Assembly: GCF_009914755.1 (NCBI RefSeq)
Contig: NC_060931.1
DNA length: 64,000 bases
Direction: 5' to 3' (one strand)
Source of the DNA: the human T2T-CHM13v2.0 reference genome, Homo sapiens
The position numbers were made by a program, and so were the translations under genes. A model generated the notes under the pieces. That model was not told where the DNA came from, ran no database searches, and worked only from the letters and a program-made list of their open reading frames with translations. Numbering within the stretch: the first letter of the stretch is position 1; every line of letters starts with the position of its first letter. Positions 30,988-53,089 of the stretch are shown one piece after another.

Positions 30988-31046
30988 GTCTACCAGCCAC
31001 AGTCTCTGCACATTTCCAAGAGCAGCAGAAAATGAACACATTGCAG
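30988..31046 (+). other. ZNF12-exon-2-like start exon encoding MNTLQ (ATG at 31032), phase-0 donor
   Basis: ctctag|GTCTACC...TTCCAAGAGCAGCAGAAA ATG AAC ACA TTG CAG|gtgagt; the TTCCAAGAGCAGCAGAAAATGAA stretch is identical in ZNF12 exon 2. Confidence 0.85.
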
Positions 31047-31102
31047 GTGAGTTTTCATGCTTGTGTATATGTTCCTCAACTTTATTTTATGATGCATTTT
31101 AA

Positions 31103-31439
<337 letters not shown>

Positions 31440-31611
31440 TAAAATGGGAATGTGGAAATAGACATTGTCCTGTAAAATATAGTGTGGCAGATCAGCACCA
31501 AAAATGATTTGTGAAGCTTGTGTGTGTGGATAGTAGATTTTAAGGCTGTTGAAATTGAGCCACACCCAGGACTGATATTCTTGGCAGTCATCACAAAAGG
31601 AAAATGCCATC

Positions 31612-31995
31612 TGTATTAGTCCATTCTCACACTGCTGTAGAGAAATAACCAAGACTGGGTCATGTATAAAGAAAAGAGGTTTAATTGGCTCACGCCTGCA
31701 GGCTCTATCATAGGAAGCATGGCTGGGGAGGCCTCAGGAAACTTACAGTCATGGTGGAAGGCAAAGGGAAAGCGGGTACATCTTCCATCACCAGAGCAGG
31801 AGGAAGAGGGAGAGGGAGGCGCTACACACTTTTAAACAACCACGTCTTGTGATAAGTCACTGAGTGTCAGGAGAACAGCACCAAAAGGGAAATTGCCCCC
31901 ATGATCCAATCACCTCCCACCAGGCCCCACCTCCAACATTGGGGATTACAATTGAACATGAGATTTGGTTGGCGACACAAACCGAAACCATATCA
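31612..31995 (-). mobile_element. MaLR LTR (MST family) with 5-bp TSD CCATC
   Basis: 'tgtattagtccattctcacactgct...aaaccatatca'; CCATC at 31607-31611 and 31996-32000. Confidence 0.85.
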
Positions 31996-33305
31996 CCATC
32001 CATGACATCGCTTGCATTCATTATAAGGAGAAACCAATTTTGTTACTTGTGGATTTAAGAGATTTTCTAGGACTTTGAAAACTTTCTTCATTCCAGTTGA
32101 TACAATTGCGGATAGGCTTCCTAATAACAACCATTAAATTACCGTAACTTACGGCGTATTCTTGGTGCTTATGTAAGCAGAGGGCCTGCCTGCTGCCCAA
32201 GGAGAACTTGGTGCCTATAATTTTTCCAGGGACGGAAATATTGTGATCCCAGTAGACAGAATTCTGTTTTTACTGTTGAGTCCTAGATCATGGGGGGAAT
32301 GAATGACTTGATCATCCTTCAAATATTTGTTCGTCTTTCTGTTTGGGTTGCACAGCAAACAATACAAACAGTTACTCTCTTTTGAAGATTTCCTCATTTC
32401 TGTTTCTCATTTCAGTTCTCAGTGTTTTAGTTTTGTCCTTTTCACGTTGCTGAGTCAGTCTGTAAAGATTACCAATGATTTCATTGCAGTCGAATCCAGC
32501 GGGCATTTTCTAGCCCCTACCTCCCAGGACCCTTTGTCTGCCTTTGACATCTGTTACTTCCAAACTGATACTTTCTCCATGGAGTCTCTCTTTTCTTGGC
32601 TTTTAAAAAGATTCGTCTGTAAGTATTTCTGCTTGTCTTTAAATGATGAAGTCTGTTTTGTTCTGTTTTGTTCTGTTTCTTTTTTCCTTTTTTTGAGATA
32701 GGGTCTTGCTGTGTCACCCAGGCTGGAGTGTAGAGACGTGATCACAACTCACTGCAGCCTCAATCTCTTGGGCTCACACGATCCTCCTGCCTCAGCCTCC
32801 TGCATAGCTACAGGCGCACGCTGCCACACCCGGCTAATTTTTTTTGTATTTTAGTAGAGACTGGGTTTCACCGTGTCACCCAGGCTGGTCTTGAACTCCT
32901 GAGCTCAGGCAGAGCTCAGGCAATCTGCCCGCCTCGGCCTCCCAAAGTGCTAGGATTACAGGCGTGAGCCACTGCTCCTGGCCTAGAGATGTATTCTCAC
33001 TGTATTGCTCAGGCTGGTCTCAAACTCCTGGTCTAAGTGATCCTTTCACTTTGGCCTCCCAGAGTGCTAGGATTACAGGTGTAAGCCACCACACCTGGCC
33101 AATAAGGAATCTTATGTGATGGATTAATAATTATTAATTATAACTATTAATAATGTGATATTTAGGTTTATTTCTAATTACATTTTAATGTCATAAATAC
33201 TTTTCTATGTACATTGAATGTGTTTTATGAACATTTAAGCTGTGCCCGCATTTCACTAGAATTTCTCGGAGAGCAACTTTAGGTTGGAAAAAGACTCAGT
33301 TTTAG

Positions 33306-33515
<210 letters not shown>

Positions 33516-33787
33516 TAGTAGAGACGGGGTTTGACTGTGGTAGCCGGGATGGTCTCGATCTCCTGACCTTGGGATCCGCCCGCCTCGGCCTCCCAAAGCG
33601 CTGGGATTTCAGGCATGAGCCACCGCGCCCGGCCGAGAAATAACACTTTGAGAGTTGTGAGGAAACTTTTGGTGATGGATGTATTCATTATCTTGATTGT
33701 GGGGATAGTTTCACAGGTGTTTGTGTATATGTCAAAACTTATGAAATTGCACACTTTAAATATGTGTAGTTTATTCCATGTTAGTCA

Positions 33788-34102
<315 letters not shown>

Positions 34103-34105
34103 TCA

Positions 34106-34270
<165 letters not shown>

Positions 34271-34399
34271 TCAAAAAAAAAACCAAAAAAGTATCCCCTT
34301 CTAAGAACATGCTGGTTGGTTAGAATAGTATGTTGTTAGAATGCAGGGGGTCGGAAACATTTGTCATTTTTTCTTTTCTACTCCTTGTATTTTGTGCAG

Positions 34400-34484
34400 G
34401 TCTGCAGACTCGTGAATGACGTCTACCGCGTGTATAATCGACACCAGTATCCATTTGTTGTTCTTAACATTTCTGTTGATTCAG
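34400..34484 (+). pseudogene. PMS2CL: PMS2CL exon 9 equivalent ([28 protein letters not shown])
   Basis: 85 bp with gtgcag| and |gtaagt; DVYRV differs from recalled PMS2 EVYHM. Confidence 0.93.
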
Positions 34485-34710
34485 GTAAGTTCCATTGGCA
34501 TTTCAGTACAACTAGTGACTAATGCCTCAAAGAATAAAATGAAATTCTACAGCTCTGCTATGACTGGAATGAGATAACAATTTATGGTCATGTAAGTTTT
34601 TTTTTTTTTTTTTTGAGACGGGGTCTTGCTCAGGGTTTCACCGTCCACGCCCTGTAATCCCAGCATTTTGGGAGGCTGAGGTGAACGGATAAGTTAAGAT
34701 CAGGATTTCA

Positions 34711-34956
<246 letters not shown>

Positions 34957-35515
34957 TTAATCTGTTTTTAATTTGAAGTTATTCAGTCTGTCCTTTTCTG
35001 TGATTTCTTTCTTTCTCTCATTATTTTGTTTGTGAGATTCATCCAAGTCATGCGGCAAAATTCATTTTTTTGTTCGCTATACAGTGTTCCGTTATAGTCA
35101 GATATCATAATTTGTGAATATTTGAATTGTTTCCAGTTTCGGGCTATAATGAAGAATGCCGTCATGAACATCCTCATCCACGTCTTTTGACTAGCATAGA
35201 GATAGACACTTCTTTTTTTTTTTTTTTGAGAGGGAGTCTCACTCTGTCACCCAGGCTGGAGTGCAGTGGAGTGATCTTGGCTCACTGCAACCCCTGCCTT
35301 CCAGGTTCAAGTGATTCTCCTGCCTCATTCTCATTCTCCCTAGTAGCTGGGATTATAAGTGCATTCCACTATGCCCTGCTGATTTTTCTTGTATTTTTAG
35401 TAGAGACGAGGTTTCAGCATGTTGGTCAGGCTGGTCTTGAACTCCTGACCTCAAAGAGCTAGGATTACAGGCATTAGCCACTGTGCCGGCCGATAGGCAC
35501 TTCTGATAGGAGTAG

Positions 35516-35881
<366 letters not shown>

Positions 35882-36135
35882 TAATTTTTGTATTTTTAGT
35901 AGAAACAGGGTTTTGCCATGTTGTCCAGACCGGTCCTGAACTCCTATCTTCATGTGATCCCCCTGCCTTGGCCTCCTAAAGTGCTGGGATAACAGGCGTA
36001 AGCCACCACACCTGGCCCATATTATAGTTTTATTTTGAACATTGAACTGTGTTCATCTGTGTAATTAGCATGTGGATCTCCTCTTTTGTGAAGTATCTGT
36101 TCACATAAGCACATCCTCTCACCATTTCAGGATAG

Positions 36136-37031
<896 letters not shown>

Positions 37032-37042
37032 TAAAGTTTTAA

Positions 37043-37390
<348 letters not shown>

Positions 37391-38052
37391 TAAGAGTATT
37401 TTGAGGCTGGGTGCAGTGGCTCACACCTGTAATCCCAGCATTTTGGGAGGCCAAACCGTGGAGGGAGGATCACTTGAGCCCAGGAGTTCAAGACCAGCCT
37501 GGACAACATAGGGAGACCTCGTCTCTACAATAAAATTGGCTGGGCGCGGTAGTGCGCAGTTGTAGTTCCGGCATCTGCGCCTGGCCAGATCCTGTTCTCT
37601 GTGGCAGGACACAGACTCCAAACACATGGAAGACTTGGGTCTTTTAGGCCAGCACCAGCTTTTGAGCAGATTATCTATGTACTGGGAACCAGGGCATATT
37701 CAGACAATTCCCGGGAGAGCCTGGGATCGGCGCCAGGGGAGGTGGTATTTGTGCTGGCATCTGGGATGCTTCTGGGATGTTCTTTTCCTTCCCTCCTGCG
37801 GGGCAGGAGTTCCTGCGTCATCACTCACTCTGGCAGCTTCTCTCCATCCAGCAGGCTGCGGCCACTGCTGCTCCAAGGAGGTCTGAAACTCAGCCTGAGT
37901 GGGTAGGAGCCTCTTACAAGAGTTCCTTTTCTGCTGGGCATGGTGGCTCATGCCTGTAATCCCAGCACTTTGGGAGGCCAAGGTGGGTGGATCACCTGAG
38001 GTCGGGAGTTCGAGACCAGGCTGACCAACATGGAGAAACCTTTTCTCTACTA

Positions 38053-38331
<279 letters not shown>

Positions 38332-38802
38332 CTAGTTTGTGTAATGCTTTATTATACATTTTTCCTCCTCAGGCCTAACATGGTGGTGCACACCTTGTAA
38401 TTCCAGCACTTTGGGAGGCTGAGGCAGGAGAATCACTTGAGGCTAGGAGTTTGAGACCAGCCTGGGCAATATAATGAGGCCCCATCTCTAAAAAAAAAAA
38501 AAAAAGTTAGCTAAGTACACTGCTGCACGCCTGTAGTCCCAGGTACTCAGGGGGCTGAGGCAGGAGGCTCACTTGAGCCCAGGAGTTTGAGACTGCAGTG
38601 AGCTATGATCATGCCATTGCACTTCAGCCTGGGTGACAGAGCAAGACCCTGTCTTAAAAAAAAAAAAAAAATCCCTGTTAAAATCACTGGTGTGGTTTTT
38701 GTCTCTTGATTGATTGCACTTTGCCTGATATGGAATCGGTACCAGGAAACAGACCCTCAAAGATAGGATTTGGGGATTGGTTTGGTTATGACTTGGATTT
38801 GA

Positions 38803-39253
<451 letters not shown>

Positions 39254-39906
39254 TAGCTCCTTTCATCCTCAGCTCAGGCCACCAGGTGAGAACCAGAAAA
39301 CGTCCATGGCTGCTTTAACAGAGCCATTTCTTGTCGTCACCGCGCTGATACTGCGGAAAATCCGTTTTCACCGGATTTAATTGTGTGGAACTGAGAATGA
39401 CAGTGTCAATTTCTCGTGTGAAGGTTAGCGGTGGTGTCTGTCTTTTGTCCAGATTGACTAAGTTAGTATTTAATGACATTGGATGTTGAAGCCACCCAGC
39501 AAAGGACCCAGTGGTGGGCCTGGCAAAGATGAGAAGGATTGATATCCAGCATTGGCAGAAAGGTGCTCTTACACACCATTGGTGGGAGTGTGACTTTTCA
39601 CAGATTTCCCGTCAAAAAGTACATATGTAGTTCTACCTGTAGCGTCTGTCTCACGGAAATGCACCCACAGATGAGTAGGTTTATGCACAGAAGTATTTGT
39701 TGCAGCTTTGAGTGCACTATTGAAATTGGAAACAACCGAAATGTCCTTTAGCAGGGGATTTGTCAGACAAGTTATGGTACATCCATGCAATGAATTCCTA
39801 TGTGGCCATTAAAAAGAATGAAGTAGGGCGGGTGCGGTGGCTCACGCCTGTAATCCCAGCACTTTGGGAGGCCGAGGCAGGTGGATCACTTGAGGTCGGG
39901 AGTTCA

Positions 39907-40145
<239 letters not shown>

Positions 40146-40535
40146 CTATGTGTACAGGTCTAAAAACGTCTTTCAGATGCATTAAGTGATGACAGAATGG
40201 AGAATTAAGATTCCATTTTTGTTTTTTAAAATTAAATTATATATAGAGACAAGGGTCTAGAAGGATATATTCCATTTAAATCGTTAATAGTAGCAACTGA
40301 TGTCTTCTCCGGAGAGTTGGATGAATGAATAATTAATGTTATCTTTAGAAAGTGGGATGGTTAAGCCGAGCACAGTGGCTCACGCCTGTAATCCCAGCAC
40401 TTTGGGAGGCCAAGGCGGGCAGATCATGAGGTCAGGAGTTCGAGACCAGCCTGACCAACATGGTGGAACTCTGTCTCTACTAAAAATACAAAAGTTAGCT
40501 GGGCATGGTGGCGCACCTGTAATCCCAGCTACTCA

Positions 40536-40703
<168 letters not shown>

Positions 40704-40759
40704 TTATTACAGTGTTCTATAACATAATCAGAAAAATAATCTTGTAAAATGTCTGATAA

Positions 40760-40948
<189 letters not shown>

Positions 40949-41286
40949 TGAGTGTGTTTAGTGTTCATTCCCAGACTCCCCCTCAAATTGAAGATCTAAT
41001 AGAGGCCGAGGCAGGAGGATCACAAGAGGCCAGGAGTTTGAGACCAGCCTGGACAACACAGCAAGACCTTGTATCTACTTTAAAAAAGAAGAGATCTAGG
41101 AAGGAGGGGTGTAAAAAATAAAAAATATCTAGTTGGCCAGGCGCGGTGCCTCACACCTGTAATCCCAGCACTTTGGGAGGCCGAGGCAGGCAGATCACCT
41201 GAGGTCAGGAGTTGGAGACCAGCCTGGCCAACGTGGTGAAACCCCGCCTCTACTAAAAATACAAAAAGGCCAGGCACGGTGGCTCA

Positions 41287-41806
<520 letters not shown>

Positions 41807-41839
41807 TCATATAGCAGATTTTTATACTTTTTACATAAT

Positions 41840-42030
41840 AATAGTGATAGTTACCATTTATTTAATGCCTAGAATCTGCCAGGCACTGTTGAAATAATGT
41901 ATGTGTATTAGTTCCTTTAATCCTCAAAAACCTGTCAGGTTGTTACTGTTACCATCACCATTCCACAAGCGATAAAACTGAGGCACATGCAGAGAGGTTG
42001 AGTAACCTGCCCAAGTTCACGTGGTTAACA
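41840..42030 (+). mobile_element. MIR SINE
   Basis: Core 'aaactgaggcac...agagaggttgagtaacctgcccaagttcac'. Confidence 0.7.
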
Positions 42031-42216
42031 TGTTCTCTAAGTATCAGACCTTTTTTGCTATTAAAAATGTTGATCACTGGTTAGCCAGAAGATCCTTCTG
42101 ATGAGGGCAATTGATAGTATGGAGTATTAGTATGCATAGTGTATGGAATGTGTGTGTTCAGAAAGACAGACAGCCTGTGCGCCAGTGTTGATTGACAGTA
42201 GAGTAATCAGAAGTCA

Positions 42217-42363
<147 letters not shown>

Positions 42364-42795
42364 TTAGTCAGACTTCATGGTGTATGCCTGTGGTCCCAGC
42401 TATTTGGGAGGCTGAGGTGGGAGGATCGTTTGAGCCCAGGAGATTGAGGCTGCCATGATCGTGCCACTGCACAGCTCTCCAGCCTGGGTGACAGAGTGAG
42501 ACAGTGAGACTCTGTCTCACAAATAAATTAATAAATAAAATAAAATAAAATTTAAAAATTATTTTAAGATAGTCACTGCAGAATTTGGTATTTCTCTCTC
42601 CTTGGCCAAGCTGGAATGTTTTACTCTGACTACTTCACAAAGGTCAGATGTGATAGTATCATGTAAAACCAAAGTCTTGTCTTCAGCAAAGTTATAAGAA
42701 GAGGTCATGGATTTTCGTGTGGGAAATTAAACCACGTAGTGAAGTAAACTCAGATCCCAACAAGTAGATCCCACATGGAGAAATGTACCACTGAA

Positions 42796-43040
42796 CCTGT
42801 GTAGTTTGCTGAGTACTCTCCTGTGTAGTTTGCTGAGTACTCTCCTGTGTAGTTTACTGAGTACTCTCCTGTGTAGTTTGCTGAGTACTCTCCTGTGTAG
42901 TTTACTGAGTACTCTCCTGTGTAGTTTACTGAGTACTCTCCTGTGTAGTTTGCTGAGTACTCTCCTGTGTAGTTTGCTGAGTACTCTCCTGTGTAGTTTG
43001 CTGAGTACTCTCCTGTGTAGTTTGCTGAGTACTCTCCTGT
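42796..43040. repeat. 24-bp minisatellite, 10 copies of CCTGTGTAGTTT(G/A)CTGAGTACTCT, in intron 12
   Basis: Near-perfect units with one variable base; it explains the LLSTLLCS ORF. Confidence 0.97.
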
Positions 43041-43136
43041 GGAATGCGTGAATTGTTTTTATTCTCAGTAGGAGGCAATGGTAATAATAGACATTTAGTA
43101 AGCTACTTTATATCCCTTCCCTGTTCCTCTTAATAG

Positions 43137-43457
<321 letters not shown>

Positions 43458-44506
43458 TAGCCATTTGGCAAAGATAACCTCTCGTCTGTGACATTTCAAG
43501 TTGGCCCAGGTAATCACAGACCACTTAGGGTCCCAGATGGACCACACTTCAAGATTAAAGGATAAAGACCCAGTTCCACCCTGCCCTGCCAGCCCCTGTG
43601 TAGGGTGGCCCTGTTGACCTCTGTAGCTTTTCCCGTTCGTCTTCCCCTTGTTCCCTGTACTCAAGCCTCTCTGGCTGTCTTTCTTTTTCCCTTGGCAGGC
43701 CTGATGAATCCCTATGTGGCCACTAAGCAGAATGAAGGATATCTTTATGTGTGGCTCTGCAAACATCAGCGGTCCATCCTGGGGCTTGGCACAGATTGTT
43801 GTCCCTGTCTAGAATACTTGTCCTGCACCCTGCACCCACTTCTCCCCCGTTACCTGATTAACTCTCTTATCCCCGGACTCAGCTCAAAGGTCACTTCCTG
43901 ACCCCAGGGTGAAGTCTCTCTATGACACTGGCTGCTTTTTCTTCCTGACCTTCCTGTCGTTTCTCATCATAATCGACTTGCCTGAGTATTTGCTCAACGT
44001 CTTTCTTCCCCGGTAATCTGTTGGCTCCAGGACCAAGCCTGTGTTTGCTCACCAGCTGTCTCCTGCCTTGAGCAGTGTTTGTCTTATCCAGCACTCAGGA
44101 CCAGATGCAGTGGCTCACACTCGTAATCCCAGCACTTTGGGAGGCTGAAGTGGAAGGATCGCTTGAGCCCAGGAGTTTGAGAGCAGCCTGGGCAACATAG
44201 TGAGACCCTGTCTCTATCTTTGAAAAAAATAACGAAAGGTTAAAAAAAAAAAGCACTCAGTAAATCCAGGAGGAGAGAAGGATGGAGATATAATACAGGC
44301 AGAGGAAGGAACAGGATAGCAAAATAAATGCTGTCTGTTCATTCTGTTTACAAATGCTGGCAATGACCTAACCCAGTGTTTCAAATTCTGTATTAGAAGG
44401 AGGAAAAATAGCATTTTTGTGATACTGTTATCCTTAAGGAAAGGATTCAGAAAAAGTGGGAGTCATTGGCGTGGCAGGCTGAGGAAAAAGCAAACTACTT
44501 TTGTAG

Positions 44507-44875
<369 letters not shown>

Positions 44876-45207
44876 TAATTTTTATATTTTTAGTAGAGAG
44901 AGGGTTTCGCTGTGTTGACCAGGCCGGTCTCAAACTCCTGGCCTCAAGAGATCTGCCTGCCTCGGGCTCCTAAAGTGCTGAGATTACAGGCGTGAGCCAC
45001 CGCACCTGGCCTGTAGCTACTTTAACTTCTAAAAAGAACTTTAAGAAAGAGAAAATTAAAAGGAACTTCTCAGGAAGTTTTGTGACACTTAGCTGAGTAG
45101 TGTTGTTATTTGTGTTGTTATTTTGACATGAATTCAAAATACAGTATTGTTGTTTTCATTTCATTTCTGCTGTAAAGCTAAATGTTTGACTTCAGGATAT
45201 GGTTTGA

Positions 45208-45526
<319 letters not shown>

Positions 45527-45529
45527 TCA

Positions 45530-45634
<105 letters not shown>

Positions 45635-45723
45635 TCAAAAAAAAAAAAAAATTAGAACTATAGATTCTTGTCTTTTTAGAGCTGGGAATAATCTTTCAGG
45701 TCATATAGACCAGTTTTTTTTAA

Positions 45724-46408
<685 letters not shown>

Positions 46409-47635
46409 TGATTTGGTCAAGGTTGTAAACGCCTTTGTGATTGCCAGGGGTCATTTTACACAGAGAGCTACGTGCAGCGTCGTAGCTGAGCATCTGTGTC
46501 GTCTGCGTTCTCTGTGACCTTGAACTCATAATTATTGCTCTTTTGTTACCTCTGTTAAGCAGTATTCTTGGCCGGGCATGGTGGCTCAAGCCTCTAATCC
46601 CAGCACTTTGGGAAGCTGAGGCGGGCGGATCACGAGTTCAGGAGATCGAGACCATCCTGGCTAACATGGTGAAAGCCCGTCTCTACTAAAAATACAAAAA
46701 AATTAGCCGGGCGTGGTGTCGGGCGCCTATAGTCCCAGCTACTCGGGAGGCTGAGGCAGGAGAATGGCGTGAACCCAGAAGGCGGAACTTGCAGTGAGCC
46801 AAGTTCATACCACTGCACTCCAACCTGGGCGACAGAGCGAGACTCCGTCTCAAAAAAACAAAAAAAACCCAGAATTCTTCTTTTTTTTTTTTTTAGACAG
46901 ATTCTCCCTCTGTCCCCCAGGCTGGAGTGCAGTGGCACAATCACAGCTCACTGCAGCCTTGACGTACCAGGCTGAAGCGATCCTCCTCTCTCTGTCTCCC
47001 AAGTAGTTGTGACCACAGGCATGCACCACCATGCCCAGCTAATTTTTAAATTTTTTGTAGAAACATGGTCTCCTTTTGCCCCTTTTCTCAGCCTCCCAAA
47101 GTGCTGGAATTACAGGCATGAGCCACTGTGCCTGGCCCGGCCAGTATTCTATCTCCGAGCTTTGGTTGACTCCAACGCAGTTAGCGTTTGAGGTACCTTG
47201 TTCGTCTATGGACCTTATGGGTCATAACAACATTGGGAGATAAAGATTTGCTGCTGCCAGGACTCGGCGACATTGGACACGATTCTGCAGAGTCATCGAG
47301 GCAGCAGGTGCTTCACGGGGTGCCGTGGTTGTCATTGCACGTGGCGTCACTGCCGCTGCTTCGGTTGGTGTGGGAAGGTGGCAGCAGTGGTTCTGCCTGC
47401 AGTGGGGATTAGCCTGATGTCCAAGAAAAGTGACTGTGTATCAGCTGGCCACTGGGAAGGGCCAGGACGCCATTCCTTTATTTATTCAGCAGGTGCTCCT
47501 TGAGCCCCTGATGTGGGGCCCGCCCTGCTCCAGGTGCTCGGGACACAGAGGTAACAAGGCGGCTGCAGCCCCTGCCCCTGTGGAGCAGACAGTGGGGAGA
47601 AATAGGCATCACCACAAATAAATGACACGCATTAG

Positions 47636-47902
<267 letters not shown>

Positions 47903-50360
47903 TGATCTGCCCGCCTTGGTCTCCCAAAGTGCTGGGATTACAGGCGTGAGCCACCGCACCTGGCCTAAAACAGCGTTTTGGGGCAGGAAATGACAAGAGA
48001 AAAACATGGTGACCAGGTGAGATGGTGGTCAGGGAATGGCATCTGGGCAGGTGGCATCTCAGCTGCCATCTAAAAGGTGGGATGGAAGCCAGGCATGGTG
48101 GCTCACACGTGTAATCCCAGCATTTTGGGAGGCCAAGGCAGGAGGATTGCTTGAGGCCAGGAGTTAAGAGACCAGCCTGGGCAACACAGGCAGACCCCAT
48201 GTGTACAAAAAATTAAAAGATTAGCCAGGTGTGGTGGCATGTGCCTGTAGTCACAGCTACTCAGGAGGCTGAGGTGGGAGGATCACTTGAGCCAGGGAGG
48301 TCGAGGTTACAATGAGCCAACATCACGCAACTGCACTCCAGCCTGGGTGACAGAGTAAGACCTTGTCTCAAAAAAAAAAAAAAAAAGGTAGAATGGAGCC
48401 CTCTTGGGTAAGAACTTTCCAAGCGAAGGAAGTAGCAAGACTGAAGCCAGAGGCTGATTGTGTCCCTGGAGAGGGGAAGGGAGTGAGCAGAGCGGCGTCC
48501 AGAGGACAGCCACGTAGAGTGTTGCCGGTCATACCTAGACCCTGGGGGTCTGTGCTGTGTGTGGCGCGAGCCACTGGAGAGAACAGACGGGAAGGAGTCC
48601 CGTGATTGCAGCTGCTGGAGAGAGAACAGACTGGAAGGGGTGCGGTGGCTGCGGCCGCTGGGGAGAGCAGCAGCTGGGGGCCACGTGGGGAGTGGGTGGG
48701 ATGGAGCCTGCTGTGTGAGCTTCAGGTGTAATTTACAGCCATGAGATTAGATGAAATGACTCAAGGGCAGAGTTTAATTAGAAGAGGGCCCAGAGTCTGA
48801 CTTCTAGCCACAGTGTTTCTTGGATAAAGACCTAATAGGGGCTGGGCGTGGTGGCTCACACCTGTAATCCCAGCACTTTGGAAGGCGGAGGTGGGTTGAT
48901 CACCTGAGGTCAGGAATTTGAGACCAGCTTGGCCAACATGGTGAAACCCCATCCCTACTAAAAGTACGAAAATTAGCTGGGCATGGTGGTGGGCGCCTGT
49001 AATCCCAGCTACTCGGGAGGCTGAAGCGGGAGAATTGCTTGGATCTGGGAGGCGGAGTTGCAGTGAGCTGAGATCGCACCATTGCATTCCAGCCTGGGAG
49101 ACAGAGTCTCTCCACCACCCCTGACCTCACCAAAATAAAAGACATAATATGGATCTTCCAGTCTTGGAGTCTGTGAGTGAGAGCGTGGAGCTGAGCTCAT
49201 AGCCGGGCAGTTTTGATGTCCTGAGTTTAGTGTGACTCAGTGGCCCGGGGAACCACAGGCTGCTCCTTCCCTCTCGCCCTGGCCTACCCGTCCATCTCCG
49301 GTGTTGTCACTGCCTGCCCAGGAGGCTCCTGCTTTGAGCCCTGCCCACCCTTCCAGCCCCATCTCCCCACCATGTAGCTTCCAGCCATGTAGCTGCCTTC
49401 CAGTTCCACGCTCGCCTCAGTCTCCTCCCTGCCTTACACCCTTTCTCCCTACTCTCCTCTCTACCTGGGTTTGCCACCGTCACCCTTCACCCCATCCCCA
49501 CACCTGAGCAGGCCGCCTCGCCTGGGTGCCACCTGTCTTGGTTCTCTGTTGACTTGTTGATTGTCTGTCCTTCTCCAACCTGCTGTCACCCTAGCCTTCT
49601 GACTGTGCTTGGCACATGGCGAGCCCTCAGGGTGCTGCAGGAAGAAAGAAGGTGACATTGGGCTTCAGGCTTGTGTCCTCTCCTTCCTGTCAGAGGACCC
49701 ATGGCAGGGAGGCAGCAGGGCCAGGGCTGGAGTGCTATGGGCAGCAGGTCGGAGCTCGACAGAGGGGGAGTGACGCCTGCACCCATTGGGGGAGAGGGTC
49801 CCGGGAGTGCCACAGTCCCAAGGCAGGTGTTTGCGTGATGGGCCTGTGCAAGAGGAAGGGAGTAGCAGTGCAGCTGGGGTGAGGAAGGGAGGCATTCGTG
49901 CTTGGAGGTGGGGGTGCAGGCACAGCCCAGCGAGGGCCAAGTCAGGGGACAGACGGGGGCTTTTATTCAGGTGAGGGGGAGAGCTGTGAAGTGGAATGAA
50001 TAACCTGACAGCCCTTTAAAAGTAATCACTGGCTGCTGAGTGGAGAGCGGCTCGGAGGGGTCGCAGTGGGGCAGGGAGGCCTGCTGGGAGGCTGCTGCAC
50101 CTGCCAGGGTGAGAGGGCAGGGTGGCTGCTGAGACAGGTGTGGTCGGCGTCTGGAGTGGAGGCGGTGCCACCTTGAAGGAGCCACAAGGAGCCTGATTTC
50201 ACAGAAGGGTGGAGGGCTGAGATCTAGAACCTAGGCTTCTCTGGGGGAAGGTTTTTCAGGGAAGGTAGTTTTTGAGCTGTAATCTTGTCCAGCCTTATTT
50301 TAGAGAAGAATGCTTCTGAAGAGCTGCCATTCTGACGTCAAAAAACTACTAAAACGTTGA

Positions 50361-50525
<165 letters not shown>

Positions 50526-50678
50526 CCGTAGTCACTGTATGGAATAATTGGTTTTATCGCAGATTTTTATGTTTTGAAAGACAGAGTCTTCACTAACCTT
50601 TTTTGTTTTAAAATGAACCTGCTACTTAAAAAAAATACACATCACACCCATTTAAAAGTGATCTTGAGAACCTTTTCA

Positions 50679-51148
<470 letters not shown>

Positions 51149-51765
51149 TTAGTCTATAACTTTCAACCCTTAACAATAATTAAATTCATCTTTGTTTAAT
51201 TTCATAAATTTAAAAGTAGGGTCCTTTTCAGTTAGTGATTCTCAGCCCTGATTCACATTAAATTTTTAAACACGGGGGATTCTCTGCCCGGCTGGAAGAA
51301 AATGACTGGATGGGACAGGGGTCACTATTTGAAACATTCCTCTGTGCGGCCAAGGTCGCAAAATGCTGTCCTCGCAGGGGAACAAAAAGAGTTTGATTTC
51401 CCATAATTTGATGCTGTGATTTGGTTTCCTCAGGATGTGAACTGTAGAACATTCCAGTTACTGGCCTTGAATGGTTCTGGGAATATAAGAATCCCTGTCT
51501 GTCTTTTCAAATAGTTTTCATGGAACCTTGTCCTGTTTGAACTTGGCTGAAAATGGAAGTAAAGATGCCCTCTTGGGGGCCCAGAGATGACAGATGTGGC
51601 TCCCCCTGCTGCCCCCACCCCTTCTCCAGACTGTGGGCGGCTCCCCTTCCTGCTTTAGAATCCCTCAGATGGAGGAGGCAGTACAGTAGTCACTGTGCCA
51701 TCGTGTCTGGCACTGTGCTGGCGTGGTCTGCAGGATCCCACTTATGAACTCTCCAGATTGGGAGC

Positions 51766-53037
<1,272 letters not shown>

Positions 53038-53089
53038 CCTGCGTTATTCCTATTTTATGATGAAGCAGTTAGCAGAGCTGGGAAAACCC

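Noticed and set aside
42806-43051. (LLSTLLCS)n repeat protein
   Set aside because: It is the 24-bp intronic VNTR read in one frame, with no ATG start or evident splice context
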